Source: an uncultured SAR86 cluster bacterium (GTDB lineage Bacteria > Pseudomonadota > Gammaproteobacteria > Magnimaribacterales > D2472). From it: a DNA stretch of 64,000 nt. A program made the translations under genes and the position numbers. The stretch's first letter is position 1; every line of letters begins with the position of its first letter. This document shows, piece by piece, positions 18,881 to 26,195 of the stretch. Below the pieces are notes generated by a model, which was given only the letters and a program-made list of their open reading frames with translations, had not been told where the DNA came from and searched no databases. Location of the stretch: positions 1,070,572 to 1,134,571 of the forward strand of contig CALSPZ010000001.1 in NCBI GenBank assembly GCA_943788365.1. Reading direction: 5' to 3'.

Positions 18881-19242
18881 CCTTCCTTCTTTTTCTTTCC
18901 TTTCATTTTTTTAGCCATGCCCATTTTTACTCTTTTGTTTATCATATCCTTGCACCAAACATCATATACAGTAGAGTAATGAGCAGCCTGACTTGCAAGA
19001 AAGCTTGCTTTAGCCCATTCTTCTTCATTGTTTATATCTTCCTCAACTTCTTTCCAGGCCTTGTCTGCCATAGCAAGAAATGTGCCTACAGCATCTTTAG
19101 TTTCCCTGCACTCCTTAAAATTAAGAAGGTGATTGGGATGATTCATTCGTGATTCATCAGTATTCTTATTTGATTTATGATCATCTGCAAAAATAGATGT
19201 TGAGAATGTTAATGCCATAATAGGCAATATTAATTTATTCAT
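18877..19242 (-). CDS. Hypothetical secreted protein with Lys-rich C-terminus
   Basis: Start trimmed to MNKLILPIMALTFSTSIFADD (signal peptide) behind GGAGA. It has two Cys and a C-terminal KKMKGKKKKEG tail. No family recognised. Confidence 0.45.
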   Translation of the reverse strand: MNKLILPIMALTFSTSIFADDHKSNKNTDESRMNHPNHLLNFKECRETKDAVGTFLAMADKAWKEVEEDINNEEEWAKASFLASQAAHYSTVYDVWCKDMINKRVKMGMAKKMKGKKKKEG

Positions 19243-19281
19243 ATTAATCTCCATATATTAAAAGTATGACAGAAATAGTTA

Positions 19282-19962
19282 TTAATAGTTCTTAAAATTA
19301 TCATAATCAAGAATTACACAGCCCTTGCTTGGCTTATTTATGTAGGCCACTAGCGAAGCCGCAACGCTTTCAGCTCTAATATTTCTGTACTTTCTGAATA
19401 CTGAAACCATTAAAGGACTTATAGTTTTAAAAATTAATTCATATATTTTAACTTCTATCGCAATAGGTATATCTCTTTTACCAAGAAGATGGCCAGGGCG
19501 AGCAATAACAACCTTATCAAAACCTATATTTAGTATTTCTTCCTCAAGCGCTCCCTTAGTCTTAAGGTAAAAGTTTTTAGATTTTTTATCAGCTCCTATG
19601 GCAGAAACAAGCGCTATTTTTTTAACACCTCTCTCATATGCTGCTTTTGCAACTCGTAAAGGCATTTCAAAATCAACTTCTAGAAAATTTAATCTATCTT
19701 TCTTTTTGATGTGCAGGAGCTGTAAAAGGGTAAGTCTTGTTCCTGTTGAAAGATAAATGCAATCAGCATTCAAAAAGTTCTTAAAGGAATTTACATCTCT
19801 AAAATTAACTATGGCTTCTTCAATATTTTCTGAAGCGATCCCAAGAGATTTTCTATTGAGATGAATTTGATTAATTTTATTATTTTTTAATAGACTGCTA
19901 ATATGCTTACCTATTAAGCCCGAAGCTCCAACTAGAATTGCATCATGTATTTTCAAAAGCAA
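19282..19962 (-). CDS. NAD(P)H-binding (atypical SDR / HTATIP2-like) protein
   Basis: N-terminal ILVGASGLIGKH Rossmann motif, 226 aa. Confidence 0.6.
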   Translation of the reverse strand: MLLKIHDAILVGASGLIGKHISSLLKNNKINQIHLNRKSLGIASENIEEAIVNFRDVNSFKNFLNADCIYLSTGTRLTLLQLLHIKKKDRLNFLEVDFEMPLRVAKAAYERGVKKIALVSAIGADKKSKNFYLKTKGALEEEILNIGFDKVVIARPGHLLGKRDIPIAIEVKIYELIFKTISPLMVSVFRKYRNIRAESVAASLVAYINKPSKGCVILDYDNFKNY

Positions 19963-20450
19963 AGGTCCTCTATTTCCCTTATAGACTCATTTACTGACAA
20001 GGACCCATCTATTGATATGTCTTGAAAATGACTATAGAGAGGTAACCTTTCCTCATATGCTTGCCTAATTGAAAAACCATCTGGCATTGCAAACCCTCTG
20101 TGTGCTGCATCCCCAATTCTCTTTTCTATATCTTCCAAAGGAGTATTTATAAATATAATTGTTGAGAAGGTTTTAAGATGAGTCATTGCCTTAGCTGAAT
20201 AAATAGCACTACCTCCAGTAGCAATAATTTCATAAATATCATCAAGATCAAGGATTATCTTCTCTTCCTCTCTTCGTAAGAATTTATATCCATTACTTTG
20301 CTTAATATCTTCAAGAGACATATTAAATTTTTTTTCAATCAAGATATCTGTATCACAAAAAATAAAGTTATATCTTGCTGCGAGTTTTTTACCAATTGTT
20401 GTCTTACCGCATCCAGCCATACCGATAAGTGAAATAGGTTTTGTAAACAT
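19953..20450 (-). CDS. aroK: Shikimate kinase
   Basis: Walker A GMAGCGKTTIGKKLA followed by FCDTDILIE and ATGGSA, the shikimate-kinase pattern. 165 aa. Confidence 0.7.
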   Translation of the reverse strand: MFTKPISLIGMAGCGKTTIGKKLAARYNFIFCDTDILIEKKFNMSLEDIKQSNGYKFLRREEEKIILDLDDIYEIIATGGSAIYSAKAMTHLKTFSTIIFINTPLEDIEKRIGDAAHRGFAMPDGFSIRQAYEERLPLYSHFQDISIDGSLSVNESIREIEDLCF

Positions 20451-20568
20451 GTCTTAATAATTCCTTAAATTAATTATATGTTTTTTCTATCAGGTTTGAA
20501 GTTAAAAATTAAGTCATATTTTTCATCATTTTGTTTATAGATAAGAAGCACGCTGTTATCATTGCCAA

Positions 20569-21003
20569 ATGGATTATTTAAATAGATCAAACAGGTTTCA
20601 TCTAGCTATAGCTGTGAAGAGCATTGAAGAGTCAAAGTCCTTTTACTGTGACCTTATGGGCTGCCATGCCGGAGATTTTGAAGAGGGAAGGTGGCAAGAT
20701 ATAAATTTTTGGGGCAATGAGCTAACCTTACATCATGGACCAGATGAAGTGGCTAGCAAGAAAAGACATGATGTAGAAATGGGAACTGTTTCAGTTCCAC
20801 ATTTTGGTGCACATCTGTCTGAGGAAGATTTCTTTTCGTTAAAAGATAGAATTGAAGATTCTAAAGATTTCGATTATTTTGATAAGCCATATAGAAGGTT
20901 TGTAGGCAAAGATAGAGAGCAAGAAACATTCTTTATTAAGGATCCTAGTGGGAATGTTTTGGAAATTAAAACAATGGTTAACCCCGAAACTTTATGGAGT
21001 TAA
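20569..21003 (+). CDS. VOC (glyoxalase/bleomycin-resistance/dioxygenase) family protein
   Basis: FHLAIAVKSIEESKSFYCDLMGC...HFGAHL...IKDPSGNVLEIK matches the beta-alpha-beta-beta-beta VOC module pattern. Confidence 0.65.
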   Translation: MDYLNRSNRFHLAIAVKSIEESKSFYCDLMGCHAGDFEEGRWQDINFWGNELTLHHGPDEVASKKRHDVEMGTVSVPHFGAHLSEEDFFSLKDRIEDSKDFDYFDKPYRRFVGKDREQETFFIKDPSGNVLEIKTMVNPETLWS

Positions 21004-21017
21004 TTAATCTTGTAAGC

Positions 21018-21758
21018 TTAACTACCCTTATTTTTTTCGAGACTTGATGTTATATGCGTAAATGCCTCATTCACATCATCGGTATAAAAGAGGTTATCTA
21101 AATCATTATCAGATATTACCCCATACTCGAGAAGTACATCTGTATTTAAGAATTTTTGCCAAAATTCAGCACCAAACATAACAATTGGAAATTCTTTTTT
21201 AATTTTTTGGCACTGTATTAGGGTTAGTAACTCAAATAGCTCATCCATTGTACCAAAGCCACCAGGCATTATTATTAAAGCTTCCGCTCTATAAGCAAAC
21301 CAAAATTTTCTCATAAAAAAATAGTGAAAATCAAAATCTAAGTTTTTACTTAAATATGGATTTTCTATATCTTCAAATGGAAGCTGAATTGATAAACCAA
21401 TACTCTTTCCTCCTGCCTCGTGAGCTCCTTTGTTTGCAGCCATCATAATGCCAGGACCAGCCCCAGTACAGATTGAATATTTATGATATTTAAATGTAGC
21501 TTCATTCCACTTGGCCAGTTTGTAGGCAAGCTCTTCTGCTGCTTTGTTGTATTTAAGTAATTTTAATTTTGGACTTTGAGGATTTTCCTTTTGAAGCTTA
21601 TCTGCCTCTATATCAGAAGGGGCTCGCGCAGATCCAAAAAATACAATCATATTTTCTATTTTTTCATCTTTAAATTTTTGATCTGGTATAAGGTATTCAG
21701 ATAGAATTCTTTCTACTCTATCCTCATTGATATGGGAATTATTTTCTCTTTCTGACAT
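21018..21758 (-). CDS. LOG/TIGR00730-family nucleotide 5'-monophosphate nucleosidase
   Basis: TGAGPGIMMAANKGA and the signature PGGFGTMDELFE. Confidence 0.8.
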   Translation of the reverse strand: MSERENNSHINEDRVERILSEYLIPDQKFKDEKIENMIVFFGSARAPSDIEADKLQKENPQSPKLKLLKYNKAAEELAYKLAKWNEATFKYHKYSICTGAGPGIMMAANKGAHEAGGKSIGLSIQLPFEDIENPYLSKNLDFDFHYFFMRKFWFAYRAEALIIMPGGFGTMDELFELLTLIQCQKIKKEFPIVMFGAEFWQKFLNTDVLLEYGVISDNDLDNLFYTDDVNEAFTHITSSLEKNKGS

Positions 21759-21822
21759 AACTTAGATAATGATATCAGATATACAGCCAACAAGAGAGCG
21801 ATAACATTTTATGTTTTTTAAA

Positions 21823-22776
21823 TTAGTTTTGAGCAAATTTATTTGTAGCAGAGACTAGAAGATGCACTATCTCTTTCTCAAAAGCAGAATGCCCTGAATC
21901 CTTTGCTATTTCAAATATAGCTTCAGGCCATCTTCTTGAAACTTCATAAGCTGTTTCCATAGGGCAAACCATGTCATATCTTCCTTGAATGATAACCGCA
22001 GGAATATCTCTTATCTTTTCTATACCATCCAACAACTGTTCTTCGTATTCAAGAAACCCCTTATTTACAAAGTAATGATTTTCTATTAATGCAAATGCAA
22101 GAGCAAAATGAGCGTTAGAGAACTCATCTATAAGACTATCATTTTTTATGAGTTTGCTAGTTGATGCCTCCCATCTGGACCATGCTAGAGCAGCATTTAA
22201 TTTGGCCTCTTCATCAGAGCCATTGAAAATTTCATTGTAAGCTTTCATAAGATTAGATCTTTTATTTTTATCAATAACTTCAATGAATTTTTGCCATTCA
22301 TCAGGAAAGATCTTACTTGCGCCTTCCTGATAGAACCAATCTAGCTCATATTGCTGAAGCATGAATATACCTCTAATTACTATCTCACTTACTGAGGAGG
22401 GGTGTAACTGAGAGTATGCTAAAGCCAATGTTGAGCCCCATGAACCTCCAAATACCATCCACTTATTAATACCAAGCTGCTGCCTTAACTTTTCTATATC
22501 AGACACTAAATCCCATGTTGTATTATTTGTAAGGCATCCATGAGGAGTACTTCTTCCACAACCTCTCTGATCAAAGACCACGATTCTGTAATATTTTGGA
22601 TCAAAAAAACGTCTTACATCTTTACTTCCACCGCCACCTGGCCCGCCGTGAAGAAATACAACAGGTTTACCATTTTTATTACCGCATTCTTCGAAATAAA
22701 TATTATGTTCAGAGCATTTTAAATAGCCTGTATTAAAAGGTTCTATGTGAGGAAAAAGGGATAGCTTATTTGTCAT
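21823..22776 (-). CDS. pip: Proline iminopeptidase
   Basis: VVFLHGGPGGGGS and the nucleophile elbow GGSWGSTLALAY. It has alpha/beta-hydrolase length and the pip-type cap. Confidence 0.9.
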   Translation of the reverse strand: MTNKLSLFPHIEPFNTGYLKCSEHNIYFEECGNKNGKPVVFLHGGPGGGGSKDVRRFFDPKYYRIVVFDQRGCGRSTPHGCLTNNTTWDLVSDIEKLRQQLGINKWMVFGGSWGSTLALAYSQLHPSSVSEIVIRGIFMLQQYELDWFYQEGASKIFPDEWQKFIEVIDKNKRSNLMKAYNEIFNGSDEEAKLNAALAWSRWEASTSKLIKNDSLIDEFSNAHFALAFALIENHYFVNKGFLEYEEQLLDGIEKIRDIPAVIIQGRYDMVCPMETAYEVSRRWPEAIFEIAKDSGHSAFEKEIVHLLVSATNKFAQN

Positions 22777-22821
22777 ATTTAGTAACTTACAAATTAATTA
22801 AAGCTTTTTCAACTATTTATC

Positions 22822-22850
22822 TTTACAAAAATATCATTATCAAGTTTAAT
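22822..22850 (+). promoter_or_regulatory. Sigma-70-like promoter TTTACA-17 nt-TTTAAT for the alkB-like operon
   Basis: Read directly: -35 at 22822-22827 and -10 at 22845-22850. The predicted TSS is near 22857, the first bases of repeat copy A. Confidence 0.4.
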
Positions 22851-22855
22851 ACTGA

Positions 22856-22926
22856 AATCGTAATTTGATCCTATTGCCGCGATATAAAAGAAAGTGCTAA
22901 AACGGTACTACTATTCCATGGATTTA
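22856..22926 (+). repeat. Leader element copy A (~71 nt)
   Basis: AATCGTAATTTGATCCTATTGCCGCGATATAAAAGAAAGTGCTAAAACGG + TACTACTATTCCATGGATTTA. The 50-nt core is identical to copy B except for one base. Confidence 0.8.
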
Positions 22927-22932
22927 ACACTT

Positions 22933-22962
22933 CAAGCTGATTTTATCAGATTTGTTATGTTT
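22933..22962 (+). terminator. Weak terminator/attenuator-like hairpin plus U-run between the two leader elements
   Basis: CAAGCUGAU-UUU-AUCAGAUUG (5+3 bp with one G.A mismatch) followed by UUAUGUUU. It is AT-rich and therefore weak. Confidence 0.3.
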
Positions 22963-22967
22963 CACTT

Positions 22968-23039
22968 AATCGTAATTTGATCCTATTGCCGCGATTTAAA
23001 AGAAAGTGCTAAAACGGAAGATGTATTCCCTAGGATTTA
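22968..23039 (+). repeat. Leader element copy B (~72 nt)
   Basis: AATCGTAATTTGATCCTATTGCCGCGATTTAAAAGAAAGTGCTAAAACGG + AAGATGTATTCCCTAGGATTTA. It lies 112 nt downstream of copy A and ends about a dozen nt before the AAGGAG SD of the alkB-like gene. Confidence 0.8.
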
Positions 23040-23065
23040 TTAATTATTAAGAAGGAGATTTTCTT

Positions 23066-24217
23066 ATGAAGTTTTTTATAAATGCAAGGTACCTAATTGT
23101 TCCAATATCATCTTTAATGACTATCTTTGGGATATTTATTGGCAGCACATATGCCTGGACTGGAGTAATACTGTTTGGCCTATACACCATAATAGATACT
23201 TTAACGAAAGATATTCATCTTAAAGCCGAGATAGATGATGATGGAAACTCATATGGCATTAAGATTTTTCAATATCTTGTTATGTATGTCATGTTGCCAG
23301 TTTTTATTACAATACAAATCATTTTGGCCTGGAGAATCTATCAATACACTTCAGGAGTAATTTTACAGAACTTATCTTTGGGATCAATTGAATATCAGAA
23401 TGGAATATCAGGCATAAATCTCATAGGCGCCGTCATATCATCAGCCTTATGGGCTGGGCTTGGCATTATTTATGGGCATGAATTATCACATAATAAAAAA
23501 GAAGGCTTTTTTGTTTCAAGACTTATCATGGCTTTAAGCGGAGCTTCTCATTTTACATATGCCCATGTATACAATCATCATCTGGATTTAGGTCATGAAG
23601 ATGATCCAGCCACTGCACCGAGAGGGAGAAATGTATATTTACATACATGGCTTTCTCATGCTGGTCAGTCAAAGTTTTCATTTGATATGGAAGCCAAAAA
23701 GCTAAAAAATCAAGGGAAGAGTTTTATAAATAAAGATAATAGATGGCTGCTTGGATATTTTTATAGCTTACCTTCAATATTCCTATTTATTTGGTCTGGG
23801 GGCTTGGTTGGGTTGGTTGCATTGGCAGCAGTTTGGATTTTATCAAACTTTCTTTTAGAGGCTTTAAATTTCATGGGCCATTATGGCTTGATAAGAAAAG
23901 ATGGTGCTGTTGAGCACAGACACTCATGGGACAATGATTCAGTTTTTACAAGCTGGTTTTTTATTGAGATTGGAAGACAGTGTGACCATCATGTCAGAGG
24001 TGAAACTTATTTTTGGGAACTTGATGATGTAGGGGGGCCTAATTATGGAATAGGCTATTTCAGTCTTTTTGTATTGACTCTATACCCTCCATTATTTAGA
24101 AAATTTGTTCACAAACATCTTGATAATTGGGATAAGAACTTCGCAACTGATGAAGAGAGGTTAATAGCAAATAAATTTAATATTGATCAACTAGGCAAGG
24201 CTTCTTTAGTTTCTTAA
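23066..24217 (+). CDS. AlkB/XylM-family integral-membrane di-iron oxygenase (alkane-1-monooxygenase-like, divergent His boxes)
   Basis: His boxes align with P. putida AlkB as I recall it: GHELSHNKK (HELGHK), SHFTYAHVYNHH (GHFFIEHNKGHH), NFMGHYGL (NYIEHYGL), GRQCDHH (LQRHSDHH). N-terminal TM helices are present. Strong SD AAGGAG. Confidence 0.75.
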   Translation: MKFFINARYLIVPISSLMTIFGIFIGSTYAWTGVILFGLYTIIDTLTKDIHLKAEIDDDGNSYGIKIFQYLVMYVMLPVFITIQIILAWRIYQYTSGVILQNLSLGSIEYQNGISGINLIGAVISSALWAGLGIIYGHELSHNKKEGFFVSRLIMALSGASHFTYAHVYNHHLDLGHEDDPATAPRGRNVYLHTWLSHAGQSKFSFDMEAKKLKNQGKSFINKDNRWLLGYFYSLPSIFLFIWSGGLVGLVALAAVWILSNFLLEALNFMGHYGLIRKDGAVEHRHSWDNDSVFTSWFFIEIGRQCDHHVRGETYFWELDDVGGPNYGIGYFSLFVLTLYPPLFRKFVHKHLDNWDKNFATDEERLIANKFNIDQLGKASLVS

Positions 24218-24228
24218 AAGATAATTCA

Positions 24229-24549
24229 ATGTTAAAGATTTTTAAGAAAAATAAAATTCCGAAGAGAGCAGCTCTCCTCCAAAGCAATATTAATTTTGAG
24301 GTATTGCCCAGAACAACTCTGCTTTCTTCGGCCCTATCGAAAGGTATAGATTGGCCACATAGATGCAAGGTAGGCAGTTGCGGAACATGCAAATGTAGAG
24401 TCGTTTCTGGAGAAGTAAAACCCAACATTGATTTTAGTTATACATTAAATCAAGAAGAGATAGATGCAGGATTTGTACTGGCCTGCCAAAGCGAGCTGCT
24501 ATCTGATATAGAAGTAGAAATAAATATTAAAAACAAGGAAAAAAAATGA
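24229..24549 (+). CDS. Plant-type [2Fe-2S] ferredoxin (stand-alone)
   Basis: 106 aa with the cluster motif CKVGSCGTCKC (C-X4-C-X2-C) plus a distal ACQS Cys. It resembles the N-terminal Fdx domain of XylA / oxygenase reductases but lacks an FNR domain. Confidence 0.8.
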   Translation: MLKIFKKNKIPKRAALLQSNINFEVLPRTTLLSSALSKGIDWPHRCKVGSCGTCKCRVVSGEVKPNIDFSYTLNQEEIDAGFVLACQSELLSDIEVEINIKNKEKK

Positions 24550-24749
24550 AAAATTTAAAAGCATTCTCAATCATAGGCTTGATAACAGCATCGGTAGGCA
24601 TTTTATTATATGCTTTTGATGCACACTTAAATTACAGAAATTTATTCTGGGCAATAGGGATATCAACCACTCTTTTAATTACACACATACTAAATATGGC
24701 TGTATATTTTAAAGTTGCTGGCGATCAGCCTTACAAATGGTTTAAATAG
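24546..24749 (+). CDS. Hypothetical small membrane protein (2 TM), third gene of the alkB-like operon
   Basis: 67 aa with two hydrophobic helices. The start overlaps the ferredoxin stop (ATGA). No family recognised. Confidence 0.4.
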   Translation: MKNLKAFSIIGLITASVGILLYAFDAHLNYRNLFWAIGISTTLLITHILNMAVYFKVAGDQPYKWFK

Positions 24750-24757
24750 AAAAAGAA

Positions 24758-24833
24758 TGGTGCCCAGAGGTGGGATCGAACCACCGACACAAGGATTTTC
24801 AATCCTTTGCTCTACCGACTGAGCTATCTGGGC
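24758..24833 (-). tRNA. tRNA-Phe (anticodon GAA), CCA encoded
   Basis: The reverse complement GCCCAGATAGCTCAGTCGGTAGAGCAAAGGATTGAAAATCCTTGTGTCGGTGGTTCGATCCCACCTCTGGGCACCA folds as a cloverleaf. The anticodon loop is TTGAAAA, and the sequence is near-identical to E. coli tRNA-Phe. Confidence 0.95.
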
Positions 24834-24848
24834 ATTAAGTGAAAAGGG

Positions 24849-24877
24849 ATTATAGGAAAGTTTTAAGTTAATGTCAT
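24849..24877 (-). promoter_or_regulatory. Sigma-70 promoter ATGACA-17 nt-TATAAT for tRNA-Phe
   Basis: On the minus strand the -35 is at 24872-24877 and a perfect -10 TATAAT is at 24849-24854. The predicted TSS is about 9 nt upstream of the mature tRNA 5' end. Confidence 0.45.
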
Positions 24878-24906
24878 CAATACATTTATTTAATGTCATT
24901 AATACA

Positions 24907-25176
24907 CTAAGTTAATGCCTTAAATCCCGATGCTTGTTCATAATCCTCATTGTTAAAAAATTTATCCATTTCATCTATTAACCATTTTCTGTCTTTAGCA
25001 TCAGACATATCAAGATGCTTTTCATTTATTAGAGTTGTTTGATGCGATCTCCACTCTTTCCAAGCTTTGTCAGAAACCGTATTCATTAATTCAATTCCTT
25101 TGGGTCCTGGCATTGGAGGTACAGACATAGCATCTAGCTCTTCATTAAATTTTTTACAGAATATTTTTTTTGTCAT
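24907..25176 (-). CDS. yggX: Fe(2+)-trafficking protein YggX
   Basis: 89 aa. MTKKIFCKKFNEELDAMSVPPMPGPKGIELMNTVSDKAWKEW...LINEKHL is the YggX hallmark. The mutY-yggX pairing is conserved. Confidence 0.9.
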   Translation of the reverse strand: MTKKIFCKKFNEELDAMSVPPMPGPKGIELMNTVSDKAWKEWRSHQTTLINEKHLDMSDAKDRKWLIDEMDKFFNNEDYEQASGFKALT

Positions 25177-26177
25177 AGAGTCACTAATATATCTTTAATA
25201 GGCTTTGGAACACCAATATTATCTATATCTATCTTATTAATCCAGTAAACTTCTGAATTTGAAAGCACATCAAATGGTTTTTTAAACTTCAATAAAGAAA
25301 CGCTGATCACTAATTCAAGGTGGGATAATTTATGAGATATATTTATCTTATTAATGCTTTCGGCTTTACTATGATCAATAATAATTCCACTATTTTTTTC
25401 AATTGGAACCCAGAGTGATTGCCAAAATCTTTTTTTATCTCTTTTAATTAAAAGTATTTTATCCAGCGTATAAGCAAGAACATAATCCATCTTTTCTTTT
25501 TTTAATTTCTTTGATTTGGGGAGCAATAATCCTTTATTTAGACTTTTAAATGCTGATTCACATTCTTTATTTAAAGGACAGTTTTTGCAATTCATATTCT
25601 TTGCGGTACATACAGTCGCTCCAAGATCCATAATACCCTGTGTATATTCAAATATTTTTTTATCTGCCTTTAATCTTGTTGACTCTAACCAAAGTGCTTT
25701 ATCTAATTTTGTTTTTGAGAACTCATCAATACCAGAATACCTAGTTATAACCCGCTTAACATTCGCATCTAAAATCGGATAAGATTTTTTATATGCAATT
25801 GCCATAATTGCTCCTGCAGTGGATCTTCCTATACCTGGAAGCATAAGTATTTCTTCAAATTTATCTGGAAATTTATTGCTAAAATCATTTTTAATAATTT
25901 CTTTTGCTTTAAATATATTCTGAGCTCTTTTATAAAATCCTAGGCCTGACCATATAGCAAGCAACTCATCTTCAGAGGCTTGACTAATTGAATCAATATC
26001 CGGATAGCGCTCAATAAATTTTTTAAAGTAGGGAATGACTGTTTTAACTTGAGTTTGTTGAAGCATTATTTCAGAAATCCAAACCCTGTAAGGAGAAATA
26101 TTGTTCCTCCATGGCAAATCTTTTCTTCCCTTTTCAAGGTACCAGCTTATTATTTTTTCAGAAAAATTATTACTCAA
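25173..26177 (-). CDS. mutY: A/G-specific adenine DNA glycosylase
   Basis: HhH-GPD region (MLQQTQVKTVIPYF...LPGIGRSTAGAI), a 4Fe-4S loop (CTAKNMNCKNCPLNKEC) and a C-terminal Nudix-like domain. Confidence 0.9.
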   Translation of the reverse strand: MSNNFSEKIISWYLEKGRKDLPWRNNISPYRVWISEIMLQQTQVKTVIPYFKKFIERYPDIDSISQASEDELLAIWSGLGFYKRAQNIFKAKEIIKNDFSNKFPDKFEEILMLPGIGRSTAGAIMAIAYKKSYPILDANVKRVITRYSGIDEFSKTKLDKALWLESTRLKADKKIFEYTQGIMDLGATVCTAKNMNCKNCPLNKECESAFKSLNKGLLLPKSKKLKKEKMDYVLAYTLDKILLIKRDKKRFWQSLWVPIEKNSGIIIDHSKAESINKINISHKLSHLELVISVSLLKFKKPFDVLSNSEVYWINKIDIDNIGVPKPIKDILVTL

Positions 26178-26195
26178 AATAGCAAGAGGCTATCT

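Noticed and set aside
22918-22980. 20-codon uORF (MDLTLQADFIRFVMFHLIVI) spanning from leader copy A into copy B, and a 9-codon ORF at 23021-23050.
   Set aside because: Neither has an SD at a usable distance. The peptides have no regulatory-codon enrichment (no runs of a single amino acid). They were noted only as an alternative attenuation mechanism.
22856-23039. Whether the tandem elements are a known small tandem riboswitch: guanidine-II (mini-ykkC ACGR loops), preQ1-I (A-rich tail), SAM-II/V or glycine.
   Set aside because: The ACGG is not closed by a conserved GC stem in both copies. The CCC/pseudoknot partners of preQ1-I are missing, as are the glycine-riboswitch conserved cores. The downstream genes do not fit those ligands. 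I cannot exclude other classes without Rfam.
24690-24899. 69-aa minus-strand ORF.
   Set aside because: Its central part (AQSVEQRIENPCVGGSIPP) is simply the translation of tRNA-Phe. It is not a protein gene.
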